The notes: generated by a model not told the origin, from the letters alone. A stretch of DNA of 64,000 bases from Candidatus Hydrogenedentota bacterium (GCA_963674865.2 CAXXYE010000009.1:1792001-1856000); one strand, 5' to 3'; shown: positions 37,421 to 47,143, counted from the first letter of the stretch. Numbers and translations are program-made.

Positions 37421-39022
37421 TCACTGGCGGGAGGCCATGAAGGCGTTCCAGAGGTCCTCGCGGATGTACATGAGGAGGAGCACGTTGGGCCGCAGGCCGT
37501 GGTACTCCATCTGGTAGGAGTCGTGGAGCGCTTTCTCGAGCGCAGCGCCAAACTGGGGCGCGGCGATCACCATGTCCGCATCCGGGTTCTCGGGCACTTC
37601 GCTCCAATAGCCGACGCGTGTGAAACGCCGGAGATACCACGGCACGGGCCAGTAGTCCTCGGCCGGCGCGATGACTTTGATGAGCATATCGTGGCCTTCG
37701 GGAGCAGCCTCGGCGATGTCTTCCGCGCGTTCGGCCAGCCGGAGAATGCCTTTGACAGAGTGGGCGTAGACGTAGGGATTGCGGATGTCAGCGCAGTAGC
37801 GGGTGTTCGCGCGATACGCCTCGACGCCCAAGTGGGCCGCGCCCAGGGCCAGTAATAGGCAGGCGGCCGCCCTCGGTGCGTAGCGTAGGGCGCCCGCGTT
37901 GGCGCGCGGACGTGTGGCCCTCAGCAGGATCCACGCGCCGTAGCCTGCCAGCAGGATCATCCCGTGGAAGAAGCTCAACATGGACCACGGCGTTTTGTAC
38001 GGGATGGCCGCGTAGATCGCCGTCATGGCGATGGTATAGAAGGTGAGGAAGCGCGGCAGTGTGCGGTCTTCGTCCGTCCCGCATTTCTTGAGCAGCGCGG
38101 CCACCATGCCGACGAGGGCCAGCGCAATGATGAAGCCTTCACTCCACCAGGGGCCGGGGCCTCGCTTCGTGAAGAGTACAAGGTGAAGGTAGTAATACCA
38201 CGGATGATCGTGGATGCTGCCTCCGAGGGCGCGCTGCGGGTGGTAGACGTAGGCCTTGAGCGAGTGGGCCAGTCCTTCGGGGTGGGTGAGGAATGAGGTG
38301 AGGAAGAGGGCCGCCACCAACAGGCCCGCCAGGGCGCCCAGCGCGATGTGCCAGGGGCATATGGGCCGCCGGTTCTCTTCGCCCGAGGGCTTGCCGGCCC
38401 GTCTGCCGTACCATGTCGTGAGGCCGATGCCAATGAGCGTGGCGGCGAAGGCGATGACGGAAGTCTCCTTGGTGGCGTGCATCAGCCCGGCGAAGACGCC
38501 GGCCAGGATGGCCCACGCCAGGCGTCGGGTTCGGGCATAGCGCCAGCCCGCGGCCAGGAGGCCCAGCGTGAAGAAAACCAGGAGCATCTCCTGGATGTAG
38601 TAGCGGCTGTAGAACACCATGATCGGGGAGATCGCGGTGAGCACGGCAGCCAAGGCCGCCGCGGGCCGTCCCAAGCCGTCGCCGAGCAGGCCAATGAGCA
38701 GGATGAGTACTGCGCCGAAAACCACCGGTACGATGCGGAAGGTGGTTTCCGTCGTGTCGGCGAAACGCGAGGCGCCGCTCAGCCAGACGGCCGGGAGGGT
38801 AAGGTAGTATAGCGTCGGCCCGTGATATTCGTAGGGGTCGTAGACGTAATCATGCGTGTCGATGAGGATGCCGGTCTTGTAGGCTTGAACGGCCTCGTCG
38901 GTGTGCATGGGGCGCAAATGCAACTGTGGCAGCCGACAGGCTAACGCCCCGGCTGCCACTAGCAGGATCGCGATCCAGAAAATCTGTTTCGGCGGCGAAT
39001 ACACCTTAGCGGTATGAGTCAC
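37421..39022 (-). CDS. TIGR03663-like GT-C-fold membrane protein (flippase-associated/PMT-like); start uncertain
   Basis: RPMHTDEA, YDP.EYHGPTL, FYSRYYIQE, ATKET, HDHPWYYY, IPYKTPW, WP.PWYLR. Confidence 0.75.
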   Translation of the reverse strand: MTHTAKVYSPPKQIFWIAILLVAAGALACRLPQLHLRPMHTDEAVQAYKTGILIDTHDYVYDPYEYHGPTLYYLTLPAVWLSGASRFADTTETTFRIVPVVFGAVLILLIGLLGDGLGRPAAALAAVLTAISPIMVFYSRYYIQEMLLVFFTLGLLAAGWRYARTRRLAWAILAGVFAGLMHATKETSVIAFAATLIGIGLTTWYGRRAGKPSGEENRRPICPWHIALGALAGLLVAALFLTSFLTHPEGLAHSLKAYVYHPQRALGGSIHDHPWYYYLHLVLFTKRGPGPWWSEGFIIALALVGMVAALLKKCGTDEDRTLPRFLTFYTIAMTAIYAAIPYKTPWSMLSFFHGMILLAGYGAWILLRATRPRANAGALRYAPRAAACLLLALGAAHLGVEAYRANTRYCADIRNPYVYAHSVKGILRLAERAEDIAEAAPEGHDMLIKVIAPAEDYWPVPWYLRRFTRVGYWSEVPENPDADMVIAAPQFGAALEKALHDSYQMEYHGLRPNVLLLMYIREDLWNAFMASRQ

Positions 39023-39177
39023 ACTGATGGCGTCTTATCTTTTGCCGCGAAAAGCAGGGACAGACACGTCTTCGTCCGCCTGAGGCGGACTCCGCTTGCA
39101 TCAGTTGCTGTTTTTCGCCTCTTCTTGGTGTTTCTGCATCTGCAGATAAGTGACTTCAATTAGGAGTCAGAACACGA
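39007..39177 (+). mobile_element. MITE-A, uninterrupted copy
   Basis: TAGCGGTATGAGTCA...CAGGGACAGACACGTCTTCGTCCGCCTGAGGCGGAC...GGAGTCAGAACAC. Confidence 0.8.
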
Positions 39178-39192
39178 GTATAGGACGCCGGA

Positions 39193-39900
39193 CTAACCGA
39201 CCGGCCGGCCAAAGATCTCCACTTCGATGTAGTGGTTCAAGTCGTCCGTGCTGTTGCCGTTGGTATACATCCGGACGTAGCGCGCCTTCTGCCCTTTGGC
39301 GTCAAACAGGCGGCCTTCGTATTTGTCCACGTACTCTTTATCCTTCCCGACGCCGAGCTTGGCGGAGTTGTCCTGATCGTTGTTGAAGATGGTGCGCACA
39401 TTCTTGGTGAACTCGGCATCGTCCGCCAACTGCACGATGACGTCGTGATACACGCGGTCGTAGGCGAAAAAGTGCCAGATGAGAATAGCAAAAAGCTCTT
39501 GGGGCGCGCCGAGATCGATTTGAACGTACTGCGGGCCGCCGCGCAGTTCGACAATGTTATCTTCCTCGGCTTCTTTTTTGCCGTCGGTGATCATCTCGAG
39601 CTTGCCCATGTAGGGCTTCTTCTTATCGCTGCTCGTCACCGGCTTGCCCGCCGCGACGTTTTTCAGGCCCTTGGGGGCCATGAAGGGCGGGCGATCCTTG
39701 AAGGTGATCTCGAGAATGGGGGATTCATAGGTGAGGGGCGTGCCGCTGAACGTCGGCTGCGGTAACTCGAGCTTCAACGGTTCCATATCCGAGCCGCCGG
39801 GCTGGGGCGCCGGGTCTTCGGCGTACAGGGGCAAGGCGATAGACAAGACGAGTAGCGCAACGGCGGCTACCTGGGAGATTCGGACGGCGTACGACGGCAT
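39193..39900 (-). CDS. Secreted discoidin/F5-8-like beta-sandwich protein
   Basis: Signal peptide; NVAAGKPVTSS, ITDG, YVQIDLG, ARYVR, EVEIFG. Confidence 0.7.
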   Translation of the reverse strand: MPSYAVRISQVAAVALLVLSIALPLYAEDPAPQPGGSDMEPLKLELPQPTFSGTPLTYESPILEITFKDRPPFMAPKGLKNVAAGKPVTSSDKKKPYMGKLEMITDGKKEAEEDNIVELRGGPQYVQIDLGAPQELFAILIWHFFAYDRVYHDVIVQLADDAEFTKNVRTIFNNDQDNSAKLGVGKDKEYVDKYEGRLFDAKGQKARYVRMYTNGNSTDDLNHYIEVEIFGRPVG

Positions 39901-40115
39901 TTCAACCTCCTCGACACCAGGGACTGCATCGCACGCGGCACTACCGGGCTGCGCCTCCCTGGAATGTAGTTGCAGACAGAAAAGAACGGCTTTTCCCGGA
40001 GCATTTACACGTGTAAGTATCGCGTTCCAGGGGCGGAGAAGTCAAATCGACTCAATCCGAAGTGGGCGTGCCATCGAAGCGGGGACGGACGTATTCTCGG
40101 ATGCCGCCGGGGACG

Positions 40116-41132
40116 TTACTCGCGCAGGAGGACGTCGCAGGCGAGTTGGAGGGTTTTGAGGAGTTTTCGCAGCAGGCCGCTTTTTCGGGCGAGGTTGCGG
40201 CCGCCGACAATGAGTTTGCGCTGGAGTTGGTAGCGTGTGAAACGCCGGCGCGCGGGCTTGACGGGCTTTCCCTCGGCCTCTTGGAGGGGACGCCAGAGGG
40301 TGTCGAGCGGATAGCCCAGGGTGGCGAGGTCGGCGGCGTCCAATTGGCCGATGATGGTTTCCATGAGCGTGCGTTTCGCGGGGTCGCCGGCCAGGTCGGC
40401 GGCCCATTTCTTGACGGAGCCGGTGGAGGGGCGGGAGTGCTTCTTGACGCCGATGGGGTCGCCCAGTCCCTTTCGCCCGGCTTCGCCGTCGCCGCCCGTG
40501 CCGTAGTCGATAGTCTCCTTTTCAAAGGGGACGCCGATATATTCGTAGATGCGCCCCACCCAGTCTTCCGGGGCCTTCACCAAGTCCTCGTAGCGCACGT
40601 GGATGAAGGGCACTTCCTCCTGTCTGAGAAATGCGGCGATGGCGGGCACATAGCGGTTTAGCAGGGGGTTGTGGCCCTGCGCGGCCTGGTAATCGCCGTT
40701 GAAGAAGGAGTTGGCGTAGGAGGAGAAGGTTGCTATGGGATGGCGCGTCAGCACGATGTACTTGGCGTCGGGGAAAACCTTCATCATGAAGGGCAAGATG
40801 AGGGCGTAGGCCGGGGTCTTGTCGAGGCAGACGGTCTTGTCGGTTGTGCCGAGGTAACGGCCGTAGAGCACGTCGCAATAGGCGCGGCAGGCGTCCCAGT
40901 AGTCGCGGTCCTTGGCCGGGAGCTGCTCGACGAAGAGGCGTTGGGATTCCGCCGCGAGGATGTGGTCGTAGGGTGCCTTGTCGACTTTGTCCCAGAATCC
41001 GAGGTGGGCCAAGGGGGTGAGGATGTGGGGCTCGGGGCCGCCGAGGATCTTCGAGTGCGACTCGAGTATTCTTTCAAGCATCGTGCTGCCCGAACGCGGC
41101 GAGCTTATGACAAACAACATCTGCGGATTCAT
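40116..41132 (-). CDS. PAPS-dependent sulfotransferase
   Basis: 5'-PSB loop SPRSGSTML, DKTP, TRHP..T..S, VRYEDLV. Confidence 0.92.
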   Translation of the reverse strand: MNPQMLFVISSPRSGSTMLERILESHSKILGGPEPHILTPLAHLGFWDKVDKAPYDHILAAESQRLFVEQLPAKDRDYWDACRAYCDVLYGRYLGTTDKTVCLDKTPAYALILPFMMKVFPDAKYIVLTRHPIATFSSYANSFFNGDYQAAQGHNPLLNRYVPAIAAFLRQEEVPFIHVRYEDLVKAPEDWVGRIYEYIGVPFEKETIDYGTGGDGEAGRKGLGDPIGVKKHSRPSTGSVKKWAADLAGDPAKRTLMETIIGQLDAADLATLGYPLDTLWRPLQEAEGKPVKPARRRFTRYQLQRKLIVGGRNLARKSGLLRKLLKTLQLACDVLLRE

Positions 41133-41227
41133 GTGATTGGTATCCTTCAGGCCATCCCACAACGCCGCGCGTAGTCTAGTCGGACGGCGCCGCCCCGGTC
41201 AATCACGCCCGGTGGACGGGTGGCCAA

Positions 41228-41507
41228 TCGCGAAAACCAGGGACAGAGGAGCCGTTGAAGAAGTCCGGAGTTGCCGCACGCAGGCCGCGAAAGGACCTGG
41301 GACAGTCCCGTCTGCGTCCGCCTGCGGCGGACTCCGCTTGGGACAGTCCCGGTCTTTCGCTCAACCTCTGGGGCGAATGCGACTTTTTCAACAGCTCCAC
41401 AGACACGTCTTCGCTTCACTCCGCTTGTGTCAGTCCTCGTTTTTCGCTTCCTGTTGGCTCTCCTTCGTCCGCGGATAAGCAACGTCAATTATGAGTCAGA
41501 AACACTT
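41228..41507 (+). mobile_element. MITE-A (left end lost), interrupted by MITE-B
   Basis: CAGGGACAGA[MITE-B]ACAGACACGTCTTCG...TGAGTCAGAAACAC. Confidence 0.8.
41248..41398 (+). mobile_element. MITE-B (151 bp) with perfect 5-bp target duplication ACAGA
   Basis: TIRs GGAGCCGTTGAAGAAGTC / GACTTTTTCAACAGCTCC; ACAGA at 41243-41247 and 41399-41403. Confidence 0.92.
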
Positions 41508-41700
41508 GAGAGACGAGCGACCTCAGCACTTGGTGAGCAGGTTTCGCAGGATGGGGCTGTTTCGATGCGCCGTGTGCGCGGCGCCGTCGAGTCATTCGGC
41601 GATGCGGGTCGTCACTTGCCCGGCCCGTGGCGGTTATGCGAGACTGGGCGGGCCGGCTTGGGCGCGGGTGTGGTGGCCGGCATGGGAGGTATGCATCAGT

Positions 41701-44700
41701 ATGCACAAGAAGGCCATTGCCTTTGCCGTCAAGTTGTTCGTCACGGTGGGCCTGTTCACGCTGCTTTTCCGGCCCGAGACATTTGGGCTCGCCCCGGATT
41801 TCTGGGGCGAGGACATCAGCCTTCGCTCCCTAATCGACGAGATTCGCTCCGTAGAAACCCACCATATTCTCGTGTGGGTGCTTTTTGCCGTGGCCGTGAA
41901 GCTCGCGGGCATGCTGTTCGGTGTACTGCGCTGGCGATTGCTCCTGCAGGGGCAGGGCCTTCGGATGCCGTTCTGGTATATGGTTCAGAGCTGGTTTGTG
42001 GGGCGCTTCATCGGGATCTTTCTACCGGGCACCATCGGCCTCGACGGCTACCGGCTTTACGATTCGTCGCTCTACACCGGGGAAGTGATCAAATCCTTCA
42101 CGGTGATCGCCGTGGAGAAGCTGATCGGGTTCGTTGCGCTGACGCTGCTCGTGTTTGTCACGTTCCCGATGGGGCTGCGGCTTTTGCCGTTCAAGATACC
42201 TGTCCTGCTGGTGTGCATGACGATCTTCGGCGGGTTCGTCGTGGTGTCGTTGCTCACGCTGTTGAATCCCCGCGTCATCCAGGTGTTGGTCGCGGTGATT
42301 CCGACGCCGAAAGCCGTCCGCAGCAAGTTCGACAAGCTCGGCGCGGCGGCCGCCGCGTATGGCGGGAGTCGTGGCCTGCTGCTGCTCGCCGTGCTCTGCG
42401 GCGTGTTGGTTCATGTGGGCACGTGCTTCATGTACTTCGGCACGATGTCGGCCATTCGCGCAGAAAACACCACCATTTTCGACATCTTCTTCACGAGTCC
42501 GCTCATGATTTGGGGCACCGTGCTCGGGCCTTCGGTCGGCGGCGAGGGCATTCGCGAGATCGTCTTCACGACGGTTCTCGGCGCCACGAGCGGCACCACC
42601 AAGGCATTTCTTATCGCCCATCTGGGCTGGTGGGTTGGCGAACTTGTCCCGTTCCTCATCGGACTGCCCATCTTCGTATTCCGCTCGCGGCCCAACAAGG
42701 AGGAAATGGAGGCCAAGGTGGCCGAGGCCCGCGCCAAAGCGGCGGCGGTGGACGCGGATGTCTCGCTTCACCTGACGCCTGAGCAGGTGCACGACTATCG
42801 CGACAGGATCATCAACGCCTTATTGGCCGGACTCGGCGGCGGGGTGCTGGGGGGCGCGCTGATCGGGCTCGCGGAGGCGGGCTGGGTTGTGAAGATGCTG
42901 CAAGGCCTGACGGAATTCAATATCTTCTGGTGGGGTCCGGCCGTGTACGCTGTCCTGTTTTCGGGCGTGGGGCTGGGCGTTGCCGGCGCGTTGCTGTTCC
43001 TCTATCTTCTGATGAACCGGTTTCTCCGGCCTCAGACTACCCTTGCCTTGTCGCTGGGCGGCGCCGTGGCGGCGGGTGCGCTCATCATCGGCCGGTTCCG
43101 TTTCCAGCGCGATGTTCTCATGGGGCACGGCATGTCCCTGGCGCAGAACGGCATGGTTCTCGTCGGGGCCGTTGGTATCGGGCTGGTTCTCGCCGTTGTG
43201 TTGGCGCTGATTCTTACGAAGGTGCGCGTGTCGCGGGCCAAGGGCGTGGCGGGAGCCGCGCTTGCCTTCGTCGTGCTGCTCGTTATTGGAGCGACGGCAG
43301 CCAAGACAGCGCCTTCTACGGCCCCGGAGGGGGTTTACCGGCCCGAGAAGGAGGCCAGTGGGCCGAATATCATTCTCATTGTGGTGGACGCTCTGCGGGC
43401 CGACTACCTGCCTCTGTTTTCGGCGGATGCCACGGCGAAGACGCCCCATATCGATGCCTTCGCTGAGGATTCGGTTGTTTTTCAGAACTGCTTTTCCCAG
43501 GCATCGTGGACGAAGCCTTCATTTGCCACCATCTTCTCGGGCCTCTATCCCGGCTCGCACACGGCGACCTCGAAGACGGCCGCACTGCCGGATGACGTAA
43601 CGACCTTTCCCGAGGTGCTTCTGGATGGGGGGTATTACACCAAGGGGTTCGCCAATAACGGCAATATCGCGCCGATCTTCGATTTCAATCAGGGCTTCGC
43701 GGATTACACGGAACTGAAGAAGAACCGCTGTCTCGGCGCCTCGGAGTCCGCGTCGAACCTGTCTTTGTACAACGCGCTCGTCAAGGCAAAGGAAGTGCTC
43801 GCCAAGAGGCTTTTCGGCGAGAAGATCACGATCACCGACTACTACCAGCCCGCCGAGGCCGTCACGCAAACGGCGCTCACGTGGATGGACGGCGCGGAGC
43901 GGCCCAAGGATGTGCCGTTCTTCTTGATGCTGCATTATATGGAGACGCACGATCCGTTCATGGATTGGGATTCGCCGGGCGTGGGCTATGCGCGCAGGCG
44001 CATGCCGAATCCCGATGCATCAGAGTATCTCGAGCCCATGAGGAAGGCGTACAACTCCGAGATTGAGCATCTGGACAAGTACCTCGGCGTGCTTTTCGAT
44101 GAACTCAAACAGCGCGGGATGTACGATGAGGCGCTGATCGTGGTGACGGCGGATCACGGGGAGGAGTTCTACGATCACGAGGGCTGGTGGCACGGCTTCA
44201 CGCTCTACGATGAGGTCATCCATATTCCTCTCATCGTCAAACAGCCGAAGGGGCGGCAGGCGGGTGTTGTGAGTGCGGATCTGGCGCGTCACATCGACCT
44301 CGGGCCGACGTTCCTGCAATGCGCGCGTCTTGAGAAGCCGGACAGCATGCCCGGCGAGTCCCTGCTGAATCCCGATGGCTCGTGCGCGAATGCCGATGTC
44401 GGATATGCCTACTCTGAGAATGACTTCGAGGGGAACGTGCTCGAAGCGGTTCGGACGAAGGACGCCAAGCTTATCCGCGCCAATGAGGATAACGTCAGCG
44501 GCCTGGAGCCCGTCGAGTTCTATGATCTCGCGACGGATCCGGGGGAGCAGACGAATCGCGCGGGGGAGAATGACGCCCGTGAGGACGCGCTGATGAATCT
44601 GCTGGATGGTATGCGGGCGCACATCAAGGAGCATGCCGCCCAGCCCACGCTGCTTGACGAGTTGCCGAGCGACTTGGAGGAGCGGCTGGGCGCCATCGGC

Positions 44701-44715
44701 TACTTGGGCGATTAG
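41701..44715 (+). CDS. Fusion of an LPG-synthase-TM/flippase-like domain, a multi-TM linker and a sulfatase-like domain
   Basis: RWRLLL, F.GIFLPGTIG.DGYR, VEKL.G, P.VGG.GIRE; then PNIILIVVDALRAD, SWTKPS, THDPF, ADHGEEF, HG; C-terminal LGAIGY; GGGAGG SD. Confidence 0.85.
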   Translation: MHKKAIAFAVKLFVTVGLFTLLFRPETFGLAPDFWGEDISLRSLIDEIRSVETHHILVWVLFAVAVKLAGMLFGVLRWRLLLQGQGLRMPFWYMVQSWFVGRFIGIFLPGTIGLDGYRLYDSSLYTGEVIKSFTVIAVEKLIGFVALTLLVFVTFPMGLRLLPFKIPVLLVCMTIFGGFVVVSLLTLLNPRVIQVLVAVIPTPKAVRSKFDKLGAAAAAYGGSRGLLLLAVLCGVLVHVGTCFMYFGTMSAIRAENTTIFDIFFTSPLMIWGTVLGPSVGGEGIREIVFTTVLGATSGTTKAFLIAHLGWWVGELVPFLIGLPIFVFRSRPNKEEMEAKVAEARAKAAAVDADVSLHLTPEQVHDYRDRIINALLAGLGGGVLGGALIGLAEAGWVVKMLQGLTEFNIFWWGPAVYAVLFSGVGLGVAGALLFLYLLMNRFLRPQTTLALSLGGAVAAGALIIGRFRFQRDVLMGHGMSLAQNGMVLVGAVGIGLVLAVVLALILTKVRVSRAKGVAGAALAFVVLLVIGATAAKTAPSTAPEGVYRPEKEASGPNIILIVVDALRADYLPLFSADATAKTPHIDAFAEDSVVFQNCFSQASWTKPSFATIFSGLYPGSHTATSKTAALPDDVTTFPEVLLDGGYYTKGFANNGNIAPIFDFNQGFADYTELKKNRCLGASESASNLSLYNALVKAKEVLAKRLFGEKITITDYYQPAEAVTQTALTWMDGAERPKDVPFFLMLHYMETHDPFMDWDSPGVGYARRRMPNPDASEYLEPMRKAYNSEIEHLDKYLGVLFDELKQRGMYDEALIVVTADHGEEFYDHEGWWHGFTLYDEVIHIPLIVKQPKGRQAGVVSADLARHIDLGPTFLQCARLEKPDSMPGESLLNPDGSCANADVGYAYSENDFEGNVLEAVRTKDAKLIRANEDNVSGLEPVEFYDLATDPGEQTNRAGENDAREDALMNLLDGMRAHIKEHAAQPTLLDELPSDLEERLGAIGYLGD

Positions 44716-44763
44716 GGTGTGAGCCGTACCGTTTGCGCTTCATTTTCTGCTGGTGGAAAACGT

Positions 44764-44814
44764 GGGACAGACACGTCTCGTCCGCCTGAGGCGGACTTCG
44801 CTTTTGTCAGTCCC
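44764..44814. repeat. Solo palindromic core element (GGGACAGACAC...GTCCGCCTGAGGCGGAC...GTCAGTCCC)
   Basis: Same core as inside MITE-A, without the MITE-A ends. Confidence 0.8.
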
Positions 44815-44867
44815 CGTTTTCCGCTCCTGGGCACGTCCCGGCGCGCGGCGCGGCCTCGGGCGAAGAT

Positions 44868-45455
44868 ATGAACCTTCACCGGCTTCTCAAGAATCCGCGT
44901 GTTTATGAAGCGAAGGGCAATATCCTTTCCTTTGGCAGGCGGAGCGTGCGCAGGTATCTCGCCGCCAATTTCGCCCTTCCCGTTGGAAGCCGTGTGCTGG
45001 ATGTGGGATGCGGCACAGGCGGCCACGCGGACGGCTTTTCGTGCGCCTTCTACGGCGTGGACATGAACGCCGCCTACATCCGCTTCGCCGGTGCGCATCG
45101 GCCGGGGGCCTTTTCCGTTATGGATGGCGCGTACCTCGGATTCCCCGATCAGTCTTTCGACCTCACGTTCTGTGTGGGTTTGTGCCACCACCTTAGCGAT
45201 GCGGAGGTGCGCGCGGCGGCGGCGGAGATGAAGCGCGTCACGAGGCGAGGGGGGGAGGTTGTGATCATCGACGGCGTTTTCCCGAGGAAGGCCAATGTGT
45301 TGGGATACGCGCTGTTCAAGCTCGATCGCGGGGGCCATACGCGAAAGTTGGGGCCCCTGGAGGGCCTGTTGGGCGAGGAAGGGTTCGACGTGATCGAGGA
45401 GAATATTGAGGGTAGTTTCCCCTATCGTCGCGTGGTCTTTCGCCATCGCCGTTGA
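44868..45455 (+). CDS. Class I SAM-dependent methyltransferase
   Basis: VLDVGCGTG, GVDMN, FPDQSFD, HHL, EMKRVTRRGG. Confidence 0.88.
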   Translation: MNLHRLLKNPRVYEAKGNILSFGRRSVRRYLAANFALPVGSRVLDVGCGTGGHADGFSCAFYGVDMNAAYIRFAGAHRPGAFSVMDGAYLGFPDQSFDLTFCVGLCHHLSDAEVRAAAAEMKRVTRRGGEVVIIDGVFPRKANVLGYALFKLDRGGHTRKLGPLEGLLGEEGFDVIEENIEGSFPYRRVVFRHRR

Positions 45456-45538
45456 GGTCGTGGGGAGGGCCTGTGTTCGATGGGGTAGGGGAGGTGGCGT
45501 GTCCGGAGCCGTTCTTGAGACGCGCCCGGGTGTGCTAT

Positions 45539-45703
45539 CACCCCTTCGGGGCTACGGATTGGTGACGGCTCGTGTCCGTGGGTTCGCTTCGCTCACCCAC
45601 GGCTAGATGCTGCCGCCCCTTCGGGGCTGTTGCTGGGGTGGGGTTGGGTTCCGTGGGTTTGCTTCGCTCAGCTGCGGCTCCATGCGGCCGCCCCTTCGGG
45701 GCG
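45539..45703. repeat. CCCCTTCGGGGC-type REP-like composite
   Basis: Three CCCCTTCGGGGC palindromes alternating with CCGTGGGTT(C/T)GCTTCGCTCA hairpin arms. Confidence 0.75.
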
Positions 45704-45928
45704 CGGGGTTGTTGATGTCTCTTGTCCTTGAATCCAGGCACCCGGCCATGGCGAAGCTGAATTGGTTTTGGCGGAATGACTTGCCCTATAATGCGGGCCA
45801 CCGCGAGTTCCGAACGCTTTGGGCGTTCGTCTGCCAAGGCTGCGTTTCCGAGTGTCCGCATCGAGTCCGGGCCGCCGTCCGGCGCGGGCCGGAGCCGCAA
45901 TGATGCACGTAATTTAAGGAGAAGGTTC

Positions 45929-47143
45929 ATGTCAGTACTGCAAGGCAAGGTATTGGTTGCGCAAGGCGGCGGGCCGACAGCCGTCATCAACCAGAGTTTC
46001 GTCGGGGCCGTGCTCGAGTCGCGCAAGTTCCCGCAGGTGACGCGCGTCTACGGCGCCTTGCACGGCGTCAACGGCATCATCAACGAGAACTTCCTGGACC
46101 TCACCGAGGCGACTACGCACAACCTGGAGGCCGTGGGCCAGACGCCATCTTCGGGATTGTTGTCGACGCGGGACAAACCGGACGTGGCCTATTGCCGCGA
46201 GATCTTCAAGGTTTGCCAAGCTCACGATGTTCGCTATTTTTTCTACATCGGCGGCAATGACAGCGCCGATACCTGCCGGATCGTCAATGAAGAGGCCGAC
46301 AAGGCGGGATACGAACTCCGGGTGATCCATATCCCGAAAACCATTGATAACGACCTGAAAGTCACCGATCACTGTCCCGGCTACGGGTCGGCAGCCAAGT
46401 TTGTGGCGCAGGCTTTTGCCGGCGTCAATCTCGACAACCGCGCGCTGCCCGGCGCGTATATCGGCGTCGTCATGGGGCGGCACGCGGGCTTTCTGACGGC
46501 GGCCGCGAGCCTGGCGCGGAAGTATCCTGACGATGGCCCGCACCTCATCTATTTGCCTGAGCGGCCCTTCTCGAAGGCCGAGTTCCTCAAGGATGTGAAG
46601 GAAGCCTACGAAAAGAACGGGCGGTGCATTGTGGCGGTTTCCGAAGGCATCGTCGACACCAAGGGTAAGGCTATCGCGGAGCAGTTCAGTGCGGGTGAGA
46701 AGGATAGCCACGGCAATGTCCAGCTTTCGGGCACGGGCGCCCTCGGCGATCTGCTCAGTTCGTGGATCAAGGACGGGACGGACATCAAGCGCGTGCGCGC
46801 GGACACGCTTGGCTACTTGCAGCGGAGTTTCCTCGGGTGCGTCAGCGAGGTGGATCAGTTTGAGGCGCGCGAGGTGGGCGAGAAGGCCGCCCAGTACGCC
46901 ATCTGGCACAGCCGGGATGGATCCGTGGCGATTCGTCGCGTGGGCGATTACGCTGTCGAGTACTTCTTGGCCAAGTTGACGGACGTGGCGCGGGAGTCCG
47001 TCTCGATGCCGGATCGGTTCATCAACAAGAAGGGCAACGGCATAACGGAGGCTTTCATCAAGTACGCGCGGCCTCTGATCGGCGATTTGCCGATCATGGA
47101 GCGCATCGCCGCACCTAAGGTGGAGAAGGTGCTGAAGGCGTAG
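45929..47143 (+). CDS. pfp: 6-phosphofructokinase family, probably PPi-dependent
   Basis: QGGGPT, IGGNDS, PKTIDND, MGR; Asp in GGxD and Lys in PKTIDND indicate PPi use. Confidence 0.85.
   Translation: MSVLQGKVLVAQGGGPTAVINQSFVGAVLESRKFPQVTRVYGALHGVNGIINENFLDLTEATTHNLEAVGQTPSSGLLSTRDKPDVAYCREIFKVCQAHDVRYFFYIGGNDSADTCRIVNEEADKAGYELRVIHIPKTIDNDLKVTDHCPGYGSAAKFVAQAFAGVNLDNRALPGAYIGVVMGRHAGFLTAAASLARKYPDDGPHLIYLPERPFSKAEFLKDVKEAYEKNGRCIVAVSEGIVDTKGKAIAEQFSAGEKDSHGNVQLSGTGALGDLLSSWIKDGTDIKRVRADTLGYLQRSFLGCVSEVDQFEAREVGEKAAQYAIWHSRDGSVAIRRVGDYAVEYFLAKLTDVARESVSMPDRFINKKGNGITEAFIKYARPLIGDLPIMERIAAPKVEKVLKA

Noticed and set aside
41491..41700. N-terminal extension of the flippase-sulfatase fusion
   Set aside because: The ATG lies in the MITE-A end; the ATG at 41701 has a GGGAGG SD and starts the TM domain.
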